DNA of 62,067 nucleotides, counting the filler, from Thermodesulfobacteriota bacterium (lineage in GTDB: Bacteria > DASVDK01), in assembly GCA_036381125.1 (NCBI GenBank). It is 5 parts of 5 records of this genome, joined end to end, with 100 filler letters (N's around TTAATTAATTAA, not from the genome) between each part and the next. Parts side by side here need not be neighbours in the genome. Positions count along the whole stretch, not along the records: positions 1 to 25,451 come from DASVDK010000053.1; positions 25,552 to 29,247 come from DASVDK010000054.1; positions 29,348 to 38,770 come from DASVDK010000055.1; 2 more parts are not named here. One strand, given 5' to 3'. Below, in pieces: positions 24,978-34,777 of this stretch. A program made the position numbers and the translations under genes. The stretch's first letter is position 1. Each line of letters opens with the position of its first letter. The notes under the pieces were generated by a model. The model did no database searches. It was not told the DNA's origin and worked only from the letters and a program-made list of their open reading frames with translations.

Positions 24978-25269
24978 ACGAGCCGCTCGGGGCGACCCCG
25001 GTCGTCATCTCGAGGCCGACTCGGTTCGAACCGGGTTGGGCGAGTAGACCGGACGGCAACGTCTCGAAGACGCGAAGAAAGGTCTTGACAGCGCCGCGAC
25101 GGCGAGTCCGTTCGGCCCGCGGCCGCACCGGAGATCGGCCCTCCGCGGCCCGGGAACGGCCGCCGGACGAGACTTCACACGCTGGAGGTCTGCGCAATCG
25201 GTCGGCGCCGGCCGCGCCCCTGCGGGGCCGTCCCGGGGCGCTCCGAAGTTGCCATGGTATGAACGAAGC

Positions 25270-25451
25270 ATGGCTCTCACGACCATGCTCCCCGCTCCTG
25301 CCCGGCTCTCGGATGCCGAGCTGCTCGCCGCGGTGCCCCGGCTCGCCGCGCGCGAGCGCGACGCGACCGTCGTGCTCGTCGCCCACCTCGCCGAACTCGA
25401 CGCCCGGCGCCTCTACCTGGCCGAGGGGTACCCGTCGCTCTTCGTCTACTG
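25270..25451 (+). CDS. N-terminus of DUF222/HNH endonuclease-type multicopy protein (truncated by contig end)
   Basis: LSDAELLA..LAARER..LVAHLAELDARRLYLAEGYPSLFVY matches the N-terminus typical of this family. Confidence 0.7.
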
Positions 25452-25551
25452 NNNNNNNNNNNNNNNNNNNNNNNNNNNNNNNNNNNNNNNNNNNNTTAAT
25501 TAATTAANNNNNNNNNNNNNNNNNNNNNNNNNNNNNNNNNNNNNNNNNNNN
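25452..25551. other. Artificial contig linker
   Basis: N44-TTAATTAATTAA-N44, which places stops in all frames. Confidence 0.99.
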
Positions 25552-25614
25552 GGCGAGCGTCGCCGGCAGGTTCGCCGCCTCGTCGAGCGCGGGGATCACG
25601 ACGGAGATCCGCAT
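25552..25614 (-). CDS. Family 2 glycosyltransferase, N-terminal fragment
   Basis: [21 protein letters not shown] is a GT2 N-terminal motif. Confidence 0.75.
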
Positions 25615-25660
25615 GCCGGGATTCTGGCACGCCCGGCCGGCGTGCGCTACGCTCCGGCGC

Positions 25661-26728
25661 ATGCCTTCCTCGGAGCGGCCCGCGCTGACGTACCGCGACG
25701 CCGGCGTCGACATCGACGCGGGCGACGAGCTCGTCGCCCGCATCGGCCCGCTCGCGCGGAGCACCTATCGTCCGGAGGTGCTGGGGGACCTCGGCGGCTT
25801 CGGCGCCCTCTTCCGGTTCGACGCCGCCCGCTACCGCGAGCCGATCCTCGTGTCGTCGACCGACGGCGTCGGCACCAAGCTCAAGGTGGCCTTCCTCCTC
25901 GACAAGCACGACACCGTCGGCATCGACCTCGTCGCCATGTGCGTGAACGACGTCGTCGTGCAGGGGGCCGAGCCGCTCTTCCTGCTCGACTACTTCGCCT
26001 GCGGGCGCCTCGACCCGGGGCGCGCCGCCGACGTCGTGGCCGGAATCGCCGCCGGCTGCCGCGAGGCGGGCTGCGCGCTGGTCGGCGGCGAGACCGCGGA
26101 GATGCCCGGCTTCTACCCGGACGGCGAGTACGACCTCGCCGGCTTCGCCGTCGGCGTGGTCGAGCGCGCGCGCCTGCTCCCCTCGCGCGACGTCCGGCCG
26201 GGCGACCGCCTCGTGGGCCTGCCGTCCTCGGGGCTCCACTCGAACGGCTTCTCCCTCGTCCGCCGGATCGTCTTCGATCGGCTGAAGCTCGGCGTCGGCG
26301 ACCGGGTGGAGGCGCTCGGCACGACGCTCGGCGAGGCGCTCCTCGTGCCGACGCGCATCTACGTGAAGCCGCTCCTCGCCTGCCTCGCGGCCGGCCTGCC
26401 GGTGCTGGCCGCCGCGCACATCACCGGCGGCGGCCTGGTCGAAAACGTCCCTCGCGTGCTGCCGCCCGGCACGCGTGCCGTGCTCGACCGCCGCGCCTGG
26501 ACGCGACCGGCCATCTTCGACTTCCTCGCCGAGGCCGGCCCGGTGCCCGAGGCCGACATGCTGCGCACGTTCAACTGCGGCCTCGGCCTGGTCCTCGTCG
26601 TCCGCGAGCCGGGTACCGCCGCGGTCGTCGCTGCCCTCGAAGCGGCCGGCGAGTCGCCGCGGATCGTGGGCCAGGTGGAGGCGGCACCGGAGGGACCGTC
26701 CGCCGAGCCCTCCGCCGTCGTCGTGTAG
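25661..26728 (+). CDS. purM: Phosphoribosylformylglycinamidine cyclo-ligase
   Basis: [49 protein letters not shown]. Confidence 0.97.
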   Translation: MPSSERPALTYRDAGVDIDAGDELVARIGPLARSTYRPEVLGDLGGFGALFRFDAARYREPILVSSTDGVGTKLKVAFLLDKHDTVGIDLVAMCVNDVVVQGAEPLFLLDYFACGRLDPGRAADVVAGIAAGCREAGCALVGGETAEMPGFYPDGEYDLAGFAVGVVERARLLPSRDVRPGDRLVGLPSSGLHSNGFSLVRRIVFDRLKLGVGDRVEALGTTLGEALLVPTRIYVKPLLACLAAGLPVLAAAHITGGGLVENVPRVLPPGTRAVLDRRAWTRPAIFDFLAEAGPVPEADMLRTFNCGLGLVLVVREPGTAAVVAALEAAGESPRIVGQVEAAPEGPSAEPSAVVV

Positions 26729-26734
26729 CGAGCC

Positions 26735-27334
26735 TTGCGCATCGGGGTACTCGCCTCGGGTCGCGGCACCAACCTCCAGGCCATCCTCGACGCCTGCGCC
26801 GACGGACGGCTGCCGGCGACGGTCGCCCTCGTCGTCTCGGACCGCGAGGGGGCCAGGGCGCTCGCACGCGCGGCCGCCGCCGGCGTGGCGACGCGCGTCA
26901 TCCCGCCGGCGGGGTTCCCCGACCGCGCGGCGCACGATGCGGCCGTCGTCGAGGCGTTGCGGGCGGCGCACGCCGACACCGTGGTCCTCGCCGGCTACAT
27001 GCGCCTGGTGACGCCGATGCTCCTGCGCGCGTTCCCGAACCGGGTGGTGAACGTGCACCCGGCCCTGCTCCCCGCCTTCCCCGGCCTCCACGCGCAGCGT
27101 CAGGCGCTCGAGTACGGCGTGAAGGTCACCGGCTGCACCGTGCACTTCGTGGACGAGGGGGTCGACACCGGCCCGATCATCCTCCAGGCGCCGGTCCCGG
27201 TGGCCGACGACGACGACGAGGCTCGCCTCGCGGCCCGCATCCTCGTGGAGGAGCACCGCACGCTGGTGGAGGCGCTGCGCCTGCTCGCCGAGGGGCGGCT
27301 GGCGGTGGACGGGCGGCGGGTGCGGATCCGATGA
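26735..27334 (+). CDS. purN: Phosphoribosylglycinamide formyltransferase
   Basis: LASGRGTNLQA, LAGYMR, NVHPALLPAFPG, GCTVHFVDEGVDTGPII. Confidence 0.97.
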   Translation: MRIGVLASGRGTNLQAILDACADGRLPATVALVVSDREGARALARAAAAGVATRVIPPAGFPDRAAHDAAVVEALRAAHADTVVLAGYMRLVTPMLLRAFPNRVVNVHPALLPAFPGLHAQRQALEYGVKVTGCTVHFVDEGVDTGPIILQAPVPVADDDDEARLAARILVEEHRTLVEALRLLAEGRLAVDGRRVRIR

Positions 27335-28701
27335 GCGCCGACGTCGTCGTCCTGGTGCCGCCCGCCCCTGCGCCGAGCCTGGGGGCGTTCGCCGCGGCGG
27401 CGCTGTTCGCCGGACGGGGGCGTACGGTCACGCTGCTCGAGCCTGCCGGGACCCCGGACCCCGAGCGGCCGGAGGAGCCGTTCCTGCTCCCCGTCCCGGA
27501 CGACGGCCGGGCCGACGCCGCCGGGCGGCTCGTCTCGCTCCTCGCCACCGCGGCCCGCCTCGGCCCGCTCGACCGGCTCGTCGAGCGGCTGCCGGTGCCC
27601 TGCCAGGTGATCCTGCGCCGCCACCGCCTCGACGTCGCGGCCGACCCGGCAACCCTCGCGGCCGAGGTGGCGCGCGAGTGGCCGGAGGCCTCGTCGGGCT
27701 TCGCGGCGATCGAGCGGGAGATCGCACGGCTCGACGCCGCCCTGGCGACCGCGCCGCCGCGCCTGCTCGTCGGCTCCCCCACCCGTCTCGGCCGGGCGGG
27801 CGACGTCCTGGCCTTCCTCCACCGCCCCGGCCCCTGGGTTCGCGGCCGCAAGGCGCTGGCCGCGCCGGTGCCGTCCGTGGCGGACCCCGCGGCGGCGGCC
27901 GGACTCGCCGCGCTCGCGCTCGGCCTCGGCGGCACGGACGACGGGATCGGGCGCCTCGCGGGGCTGTGGCGCCCCTGGACGGCCGCCCGCCGCGGCGCGG
28001 TCCCGCGCGCCGCCGGCGGTCTCGCCGCCCATCTGCGGGCCCGGGCGGTCTCGGCCGGCGCGCGGAGCGAGCCGTACGACCCCGACGCGCTCGCCCTGAC
28101 GACCGCGCGCGAGGGCCTGGCCGTCCGCACCGCTCCGGGCGCGGGACTCGTCGCGCGTCTCCTCGTCTCGGCCTGGCCGGCCGCCGGCCTCGCACCGCGC
28201 GCCGAGGGTCGGCCCGCCGACCGGCTGACCCGCCTGGCGGCCGTGGCCACGCCTCGCCGCTGGGCCGCGCGCCTGATCCTCGCGGCGCCTCGCGCGGCGC
28301 TCCCCGTGGGCCTCGGTCGCCGCGCCGTCCTGACCGGCGACGACCCGGACGGGCCCGACCCCCTGCTCCTCGAGGTGGACCCTGTCGGCGGCGACGCCGT
28401 GCGCCTCGGGCTCACGGCGCTCGTCGACAATCCCGCCGCCCCGCCCGATCTCGCGGCGCGATTGCGGCGGCGCCTCGAGTGGCTGGTCCCGTTCCTTCCG
28501 GCCGAGACCGAGGGGCGCCTGATCCCGCCGGACGCACGCTGGCCGGTCCGGTTCGCCGCGCCGGGGACGCGGCCGGTGCGCCTGCCGCCGCTCGCGTGGC
28601 GGCACCTGGCGCTCGTCGGCCCGGACGTCGCCCCCGGTCTCGGGCCGGAGGGCGAGGTCCTGGCCGCCCTCGCCGTGGTCGGCGCGCTCGCGCCGAGCTA
28701 G
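27331..28701 (+). CDS. Hypothetical protein, remote phytoene-desaturase/FAD-oxidoreductase-like
   Basis: DVVVL..GAFAAAALFAGRGRTVTLLE is a Rossmann-like beta-alpha-beta; C-terminal LALVGPDVAPGLG.EG; coupled to purN via ATGA. Confidence 0.6.
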   Translation: MSADVVVLVPPAPAPSLGAFAAAALFAGRGRTVTLLEPAGTPDPERPEEPFLLPVPDDGRADAAGRLVSLLATAARLGPLDRLVERLPVPCQVILRRHRLDVAADPATLAAEVAREWPEASSGFAAIEREIARLDAALATAPPRLLVGSPTRLGRAGDVLAFLHRPGPWVRGRKALAAPVPSVADPAAAAGLAALALGLGGTDDGIGRLAGLWRPWTAARRGAVPRAAGGLAAHLRARAVSAGARSEPYDPDALALTTAREGLAVRTAPGAGLVARLLVSAWPAAGLAPRAEGRPADRLTRLAAVATPRRWAARLILAAPRAALPVGLGRRAVLTGDDPDGPDPLLLEVDPVGGDAVRLGLTALVDNPAAPPDLAARLRRRLEWLVPFLPAETEGRLIPPDARWPVRFAAPGTRPVRLPPLAWRHLALVGPDVAPGLGPEGEVLAALAVVGALAPS

Positions 28702-28719
28702 ACGGGGTCAGGTCCTTCG

Positions 28720-29247
28720 CTAGTCGTGGCGCCGGTGCGAGCCCTTCAGCTGCCCCCGGATCTCACCGGCGGGGAACGGCTCGGAGTGTACGTTCGCGTA
28801 CACCAGGCCGTCACGAATGGCCGCGAGGATCTCGTCCAGCTCCCCGGCCGCGATCCCCTGCGCAGGGACCGAGATGACGTCGTCGGCGGTGATGGTCCCC
28901 GTGACGGTGGCGGGCGCGGGCGGGCAGGCCTGGGTCCCGGCCGGGCCGTTGCCGAGGTTCGTGCAGAGGAAGATGACGATCGCGCCGTTCACGTCCTTCT
29001 GCCCGAGGTGCAGGTGCGCCTGCGTGACGTTCCCCTCGAGCCCCTCGTAGCTCAACTCGTACTCGATCTCCGAGCCGTCCGGCGAGATCCTCGCGCGAAA
29101 GCGGCCCTCGGCGCCGGTCGAGATGACCGGCACCTCCTGCTCCCCCTCGAGCCTCACGTTGATGGAGCGGCTGGACGCGGCGTCGGCCGACGGCACCGCG
29201 AGCAGGACGGGCGCGACGAACGCGGCGACGACGGCCGCGCGAACGCA
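28720..29247 (-). CDS. CHRD domain protein (5' truncated)
   Basis: LEGEQEVP, TQAHLH.G, GLVYANVHS..FP.GEIRGQL. Confidence 0.9.
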   Translation of the reverse strand, partial: CVRAAVVAAFVAPVLLAVPSADAASSRSINVRLEGEQEVPVISTGAEGRFRARISPDGSEIEYELSYEGLEGNVTQAHLHLGQKDVNGAIVIFLCTNLGNGPAGTQACPPAPATVTGTITADDVISVPAQGIAAGELDEILAAIRDGLVYANVHSEPFPAGEIRGQLKGSHRRHD

Positions 29248-29347
29248 NNNNNNNNNNNNNNNNNNNNNNNNNNNNNNNNNNNNNNNNNNNNTTAATTAAT
29301 TAANNNNNNNNNNNNNNNNNNNNNNNNNNNNNNNNNNNNNNNNNNNN
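29248..29347. other. Artificial contig linker
   Basis: N44-TTAATTAATTAA-N44. Confidence 0.99.
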
Positions 29348-30203
29348 CGGCCTGCGTGTCGGGCTCGATGGCGATCGTGAGGTCGAGGGCCACGGGGATC
29401 GGGGCGAAGACCACGACGTCGGCCGTCACCGGCCGGCGCGGCGCGAGGTAGTCGGCGACGGCCTGGACCTCGGCCGCGCTCGGGATGAGCCCGTCGGCGT
29501 CGTCGTCGCGGACGAAGGTGACCCCGACCGTGCCGGCGCCCATCCATTCGGGGAAGACCCAGACCCGCGTGACGCCCGCGACCTCGCGCGCCCAGGCGAC
29601 GTAGTCGGCCGCACTGCCGCCGTGGGGCGGCTCCTGGATCCGCGCGAGGAGCCGCTCGCGCAGCGACGCGTCGCTCTCCTCATCGGCGCCGCCGGTGAGG
29701 CCCCCCGCGGCGACGGGCGCGGTGCCCTGCACGCCGACGATCGGCGAGACAAAGGTGAGCACCACGCCGGCGTCCGCGTTCCCGGCGGCGCCGGGCTCGA
29801 CGGCCGTCACGGCCGCGGTCGCGGTGCCGGCCTGGATGATGACGTCGGCATCGACCGTGTACTCGACGCCGTCGCCGCGCTGCAGCCGCGTGCCCGCCGG
29901 CACGACGGCCCAGTCGGTGCCGGTGAGGGTGACGGCCCCGACCGCCGCGGCGGCCGGCGTCCGGGTGACGCCCCAGATCGTTGCCCACCGCTGGAGGTAC
30001 TCGGCCTCGGCCTGGTCGGGGAAGAGCTGCCGGGCCAGAAACGCGAGGTAGCCGTAGAGGCCGTGGACCGCGCCGGCGTGGACGCGGGCGAGGACCGCGA
30101 GGTTCGACCGGCGCAGGCGCGTGTCCGCGCCCGGCAGCCGGCTCGTGAGGTCCGCTTCGATCCGGGCGAGCAGCGTCTCAAGCGTCGGGCGCTGAAAGGC
30201 CAT
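29348..30203 (-). CDS. Baseplate J / Mu gp47-like protein (3' truncated)
   Basis: MAFQRPTL, GGADEESDASLRERLL, PPHGG..DY..WA.EV.GVTR.W. Confidence 0.92.
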
Positions 30204-30215
30204 AGCGTCGGCTCC

Positions 30216-31904
30216 TTACGCGGTCAGGGCCACGAGCTTCTCGTTCGGGAGACGGACCGGGTGGTACGTGACTCGGCGGACCTGGCCGCACAGCGCAAGG
30301 TTCCCGATCTGGCTCCCGATCCTGAGTCGGTCCAGCTTGGGAGCGGCATACGTAATCGCACCGGAAGTCTTCAGCTCCCCATTGAAGGCGGCCGAGAAGT
30401 CCGGCCCGCCGTAGGCGATGGCGAGACGATGCCGGCCAGTCGTCCACGCGCCCCCTCGAAGGCCCCCCTGGTTTGCGCCGTTCGCGATGATCTGCGCGAA
30501 TCCGGTGTGCGCAGAGTGCTGCCCAAGAATGACCGGGTTGCTCGATCCGGTGTCGATGACCTCCGCCAGCACGCGCGTCGTCGGCACGTCAACCGGTACG
30601 TTCCCTTCGGCGAAGAGGGTCCCCGCAGCGGCGTTGAAGAGGACCGCCGAATCAAGGTACGCGACGTCCGCCGCCCGCGTCACCCCCGCGTCGGCAGTCG
30701 GGATGTATGAAGTGGGGAAGGCGCCGACCTCGAGCTGCGCGCCCCAGGCGACGATGCTGCCAGTGACGCTCGCCGGCTCGGCGCCGCCGAGGACGCTCTG
30801 CGCCGCCGGATAGATTTCGCATTGGGCCACCGTCGCCACGCCGTCGTTGGCTCCGGCAATGTACACGCGCCAGTAAGCTCCGCAGTCCATGACCCCAAAG
30901 GCCGCCGGGACGCCAGCGCCGAACGTCACAACTTGGCCGGTCTGCGTGTTGAGCGCGAGCCGGTAGCGGTTCGCCCCCATGACGAGGTGGAAGGTCGGGA
31001 ATCGGGAGGTGACGGCGTCCTTCTTCACGAAGAGCGAGAAACAGCGCACGGCGGTGTCGGCGGGGATCGTCGCCGAGCGCGAAATCCCCTCCGGGGCGAC
31101 CAGAGCGGTATCGTCGTCGGTCAGCGTGTCGGCGGTCGTGGCGCCGTCCGGGGCGACGTCCGTATTGGGGGCGACGATGGCCGCGCCGGCGTTGCGGATG
31201 ACGGTCCAGGTCTCGAATGCCTCGCTGCGGATGAGGAGGTTCGTCCGCGCCTCCTCGATGAGGAGCCCGAGGGGCTCGCGGGTCACCGGGTCGTGGTCGA
31301 ACCGCGGCCCGCCGGCCGCGGCTGTCTTGAGCTTCCCGTCGGCGCCCCAGTACGTCCCGATCGAGGCCCGGCTGAACGTGATCCGCGGATCCAGCACGCC
31401 CTTGGTGAAGTCGAGATCCAGCGACGGGAAGGGCCCCAGCGGCACGACGACGGGAGCCGCCTCGGCCGCGGGCGTCGCCGGCAGCGCGAACGGCCCGAGC
31501 GGGCGGCCGTCGATGACGACCCGGAGCCCCAGCACGCCCGGGCGGACGACCTCGGCCTCGACCTCCACGGCCCGGGCGCGGCCCTCCTCGACGAGCCACG
31601 CGAGCGCCTCGCGCGCGTACTCGCGCGCCCGCTCGAGCACCTCGGGCGTCTGCTTCTCGCGACTCAGCAGCCAGAGCCGCGAGCCGATCCGGTCGCCGGC
31701 GACGACGGGCAGCGCGTCCCCCCACCAGCCGCGGCGGTCCGCCGTGCCGTCGGGGAGCGGGTCGTCCGGCTCGGCCCGCCGGTCGGTGAAGAGGGACAGG
31801 AGGACGGCCGTCTCGAGCCCGTCGTCCTGGGCGAGCGCGACGCCGGCGAGCGCGAGGTCGCCCCGGAGCCGGACCGGATCGAACCGGGTCGCGAGGTCGG
31901 TCAT
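30216..31904 (-). CDS. Mu gp46-like baseplate protein fused to a ~400-aa fibre/spike-like domain
   Basis: N-terminal GLETAVLLSLFTDRRA..RGWWGD..GSRLWLLSREK..YAREALAWL (gp46); C-terminal TFSRAS..GLLIEEARTNL..QLEVGAFPTSYIPT..TRAAD. Confidence 0.85.
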   Translation of the reverse strand: MTDLATRFDPVRLRGDLALAGVALAQDDGLETAVLLSLFTDRRAEPDDPLPDGTADRRGWWGDALPVVAGDRIGSRLWLLSREKQTPEVLERAREYAREALAWLVEEGRARAVEVEAEVVRPGVLGLRVVIDGRPLGPFALPATPAAEAAPVVVPLGPFPSLDLDFTKGVLDPRITFSRASIGTYWGADGKLKTAAAGGPRFDHDPVTREPLGLLIEEARTNLLIRSEAFETWTVIRNAGAAIVAPNTDVAPDGATTADTLTDDDTALVAPEGISRSATIPADTAVRCFSLFVKKDAVTSRFPTFHLVMGANRYRLALNTQTGQVVTFGAGVPAAFGVMDCGAYWRVYIAGANDGVATVAQCEIYPAAQSVLGGAEPASVTGSIVAWGAQLEVGAFPTSYIPTADAGVTRAADVAYLDSAVLFNAAAGTLFAEGNVPVDVPTTRVLAEVIDTGSSNPVILGQHSAHTGFAQIIANGANQGGLRGGAWTTGRHRLAIAYGGPDFSAAFNGELKTSGAITYAAPKLDRLRIGSQIGNLALCGQVRRVTYHPVRLPNEKLVALTA

Positions 31905-32509
31905 GGCACCGGGACCCCGGTCTGCCCGGCGCCGGTCTGGACGCCGCCGTGCTTGTGCGTGGCGAGGCCGATCCCGCCCGCCGTCACCGCCGCGGCCGAG
32001 AGGGCACCGGCGACCGCAGCCGTGCCGCCGACCGTGAGGTTGCCGCTCACCTCGACGAGCGGCGAGGTCAGGGCGACCTTGGTGTCCGCGACGACCTCGA
32101 CCTCGGGCGCCGTGACCTGCACCTTCGCGCCCGCCGTGACGGCGATGATCCGGCCGCGCCGGAGGTGGATCCGGTCACCCTCGTCGGTGTAGAGGCACAC
32201 CTCGCCGGCGGCGAGGCCGCGCGGGCGGTAGCGGCGATCGTCGACGGTGACGAGAAGCCCGTGACTTCGGGTGCCGCCGACGCAGACCAGGACGCCCTCG
32301 GCCTCCGAGTGCGGGTGGCTCGTGAGCCCGTAGACCTGGACCCGCGTGACACCGTCGAGGACCTCACCGGCCAGCGCCGTGACCTGCACGACCTGGAGCC
32401 CGCCCGAGTCGTCCACGACCCGGACGATCGCCCGGCTCACCATGAGGAGGATCCGGCGCCGCAGGGGGTCTGTGACGGCCCGGATCGCCCGGAGCCACTC
32501 GCGCCGCAT
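31901..32509 (-). CDS. Baseplate spike protein (Mu gp45/gpV-like)
   Basis: YGLTSHP, DDRRYRP.GL..GEV.LY, C-terminal THKHGGV (HxH tip). Confidence 0.9.
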   Translation of the reverse strand: MRREWLRAIRAVTDPLRRRILLMVSRAIVRVVDDSGGLQVVQVTALAGEVLDGVTRVQVYGLTSHPHSEAEGVLVCVGGTRSHGLLVTVDDRRYRPRGLAAGEVCLYTDEGDRIHLRRGRIIAVTAGAKVQVTAPEVEVVADTKVALTSPLVEVSGNLTVGGTAAVAGALSAAAVTAGGIGLATHKHGGVQTGAGQTGVPVP

Positions 32510-33549
32510 CAGACGAGGTCCTCGTCGGCCTCGGGCAGCGGGATGCGGTCGAAGGCCTCCCGCCGCGTGAGGGTGAGCGTGGTCGTGCTGCCCTGTTCGG
32601 AGAGGTGGTACGTGACGCTGGTGATCAGGAGGGGGCCGTCGACCTCAAGGGTCGTGCTCCGGACGTGGACGAGCGTGTTCGGCGTCCAGAGCGCGCCGGT
32701 GGCGTCCCGCCACCCCTGGACCGTGGCGGTCCCCTGGGTGCCGCGCCCGGCCCGCACGTTCGCCTCCCACTGGGCCCGCTCCCGGAAGCTCCCCGCGTCG
32801 CCCTGGTCCTCGGCGAGCACGATCAGGGGCCGATCGCGCTTCACGCCCGGATCCCGCGCCTCGCCCTGCGGCTCGGCCGCGGCCCCGCCCCCGACCGTGT
32901 CGTCGCCGGCGTGCTGGCCCTTCACGACGTAGCGGCTGTAGCGCTCGCGCTCGCTGTCCTCGAGTTCGGCGGCCAGGAGATTCTCGCCCTCCGCGAGCAC
33001 GGTCGAGACTCGCCGCGTCCCGGCCCGCGTGAGCACGAGCCCGCCCTGGCCGTCGCTGACCAGGAGGACCGCCCGGTGGCGGCAGAGCCGCTCGAGCGCC
33101 TCGAAGACGGTCTCGCCCGTGTGGAGCGCGACGTCCCGGAACGGCGCTCCGGTGTCAGTCGCCCGCCGCACGGGGATGCCGAACGGCCGGCAGAGGTCGG
33201 CCGCGATCTGCTCGAGCCGGCGGTTGCGCCACTGACCGGGCGTGTGGACGGCCGAGCAGTCGACCAGGTCGCCGGTCGCGTCGCGGCCCCGGATCGTCAC
33301 CGTCCGCCCGCGGGCATCGAACCCGCGGCGCGGCGCGTCGACCCAGCCGGTCAGGACCACGTCGTCGCCGATCGCGACCGTGCAGCGGTCGCCCCGGTGA
33401 ATCGCCCGGCGCACGGGCGCCTCGGGCCAGCGCTCCGTCACGGCGAGGGTGAACGTCCCGGCGATCGCCTCGAGCGAGCGCGTGACCTCGAGGCTCGTCC
33501 AGCCGCCGTAGCGCTGACCGTTGACCGTCAGCGTCACGCGGTCAGGCAT
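32509..33549 (-). CDS. Baseplate hub / tail protein (Mu gp44/gpP-like)
   Basis: LTVNGQRYGGW, GRD.TGDLVDCS, GETVFE.LER, VQGWR..G.LW.PN. Confidence 0.9.
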   Translation of the reverse strand: MPDRVTLTVNGQRYGGWTSLEVTRSLEAIAGTFTLAVTERWPEAPVRRAIHRGDRCTVAIGDDVVLTGWVDAPRRGFDARGRTVTIRGRDATGDLVDCSAVHTPGQWRNRRLEQIAADLCRPFGIPVRRATDTGAPFRDVALHTGETVFEALERLCRHRAVLLVSDGQGGLVLTRAGTRRVSTVLAEGENLLAAELEDSERERYSRYVVKGQHAGDDTVGGGAAAEPQGEARDPGVKRDRPLIVLAEDQGDAGSFRERAQWEANVRAGRGTQGTATVQGWRDATGALWTPNTLVHVRSTTLEVDGPLLITSVTYHLSEQGSTTTLTLTRREAFDRIPLPEADEDLV

Positions 33550-34777
33550 CGGTGAGGACCTCGAGGGCGCGGCCGCCGGGCACGAAGCCGGGGTGCCGGA
33601 TCCGGTTGCGCGCGACGAGTTCGTCGGCCCGCGTGGCGTCGCCGTAGAGTTGGTGCGCGAGCACGAGGGCCGGGAGGGTCACGACCGGCGTGACGGTCCG
33701 CAGCCGGGCGAGCGTGCCGCCCCGGGCCGTGAGGTCCTGCACGACGGCGATCCGGACTGCGTCGACCGCGGCCGCGGTCTCGTCGTCGCCGGCGTCGGCG
33801 AGGTCCACCACCACCTCGTCGAGCCAATCGGCGAGGTCGTCCCGCAGCCGGACCGCCTCGTCGTAGCTGGCCGGCCGGCTCGCGGCCGCGGCCGTGGCCG
33901 CCGTCGTGGCCCCGCTGCCCCGAACGAGCCGGCGCAGCCCCAGGTCGTTCGCGGCCTCGCGGATCCGGCCGAGCGTGGCCTGGACGATGAGGGCGAGGTC
34001 CTGGCCGTAGCGCCGCAGCGTCGTCAGGCCCGTGAGCGCGAGCCCCTCCTCGCTGGCGAGGGTCTGGATCTCGCGGATCCGCGCCTGAACGGCCTCGGCC
34101 AAGGCCTTCGGCTCCCGCACCAGCCCGGTCGCGTCCTCGCGCAGCTCGCGCAGGCCTGCGCGGAAGCGCGACCAGGTCGAGCCCGACCCGCCGGTCCGCG
34201 CGCCCGCCGTCTCGAGCGTCGTCGCCACCTCGTCGACCCGGGCGACCGCCGCGGCCTCCACGAAGGCCGGGGCCCCCGCCACCGAGAAGGTGCGGACGAA
34301 GCTCGCCTGCAGCGCCGCGTCCGCGGCCGCGGCCGCCGTCTCGACCGCCGCGCCGGTGTCGGTCTCGGCGACGGGGACGACGTTGGCGCCGGCCTCGAGG
34401 AAGACGAACGAGAACCGCGCGAGCCGGCCTTCCGTCGTGCGCTCGCCGACCCGGCAGCTCGTGAGGGTGACCGTGAGGGTCCCGAGGTAGGGGTGGACGA
34501 GCGTCCCGGGGCCGGGCGCCTCGATCGCCTGGATCAGGCGGTCACGATCGGCCATGTAGGTGTCGCCGATCACGTAGCCCTCGAGCCGGTACTCGCGCGC
34601 GCGGCGGCCAAGGTCCTCGATGTAGGGGATGTCGCGCTGCGGGTACTCGTGGCGCGCCTGCCGCCGCCCGACCTCGAGGTCGGCCGCATCGACGAAGAAC
34701 GGCGCGCCCCGCCAGGACGCGCCGACCAGGTCGCGATTCCCGAATCGGACCTTGCGGAGCTGGTCGCGCCAGGCCAT
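33542..34777 (-). CDS. Mu gpN/gp43-like DNA circulation protein
   Basis: ASWRGAPF, HEYPQRD..EDLGR, LVHPYLG, PALVLAHQLYGDA.R..E...RN.I.HPGFVP. Confidence 0.92.
   Translation of the reverse strand: MAWRDQLRKVRFGNRDLVGASWRGAPFFVDAADLEVGRRQARHEYPQRDIPYIEDLGRRAREYRLEGYVIGDTYMADRDRLIQAIEAPGPGTLVHPYLGTLTVTLTSCRVGERTTEGRLARFSFVFLEAGANVVPVAETDTGAAVETAAAAADAALQASFVRTFSVAGAPAFVEAAAVARVDEVATTLETAGARTGGSGSTWSRFRAGLRELREDATGLVREPKALAEAVQARIREIQTLASEEGLALTGLTTLRRYGQDLALIVQATLGRIREAANDLGLRRLVRGSGATTAATAAAASRPASYDEAVRLRDDLADWLDEVVVDLADAGDDETAAAVDAVRIAVVQDLTARGGTLARLRTVTPVVTLPALVLAHQLYGDATRADELVARNRIRHPGFVPGGRALEVLTDA

Noticed and set aside
25015-25040. GGTTCGAACC resembling a tRNA T-loop (possible tRNA or tRNA-Sec)
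   Set aside because: No acceptor, D or anticodon arms can be built around it; it is just a palindrome.
30216-31100. Diversity-generating retroelement target in the fibre-like domain
   Set aside because: No reverse transcriptase and no template/variable repeat pair is visible in the window.
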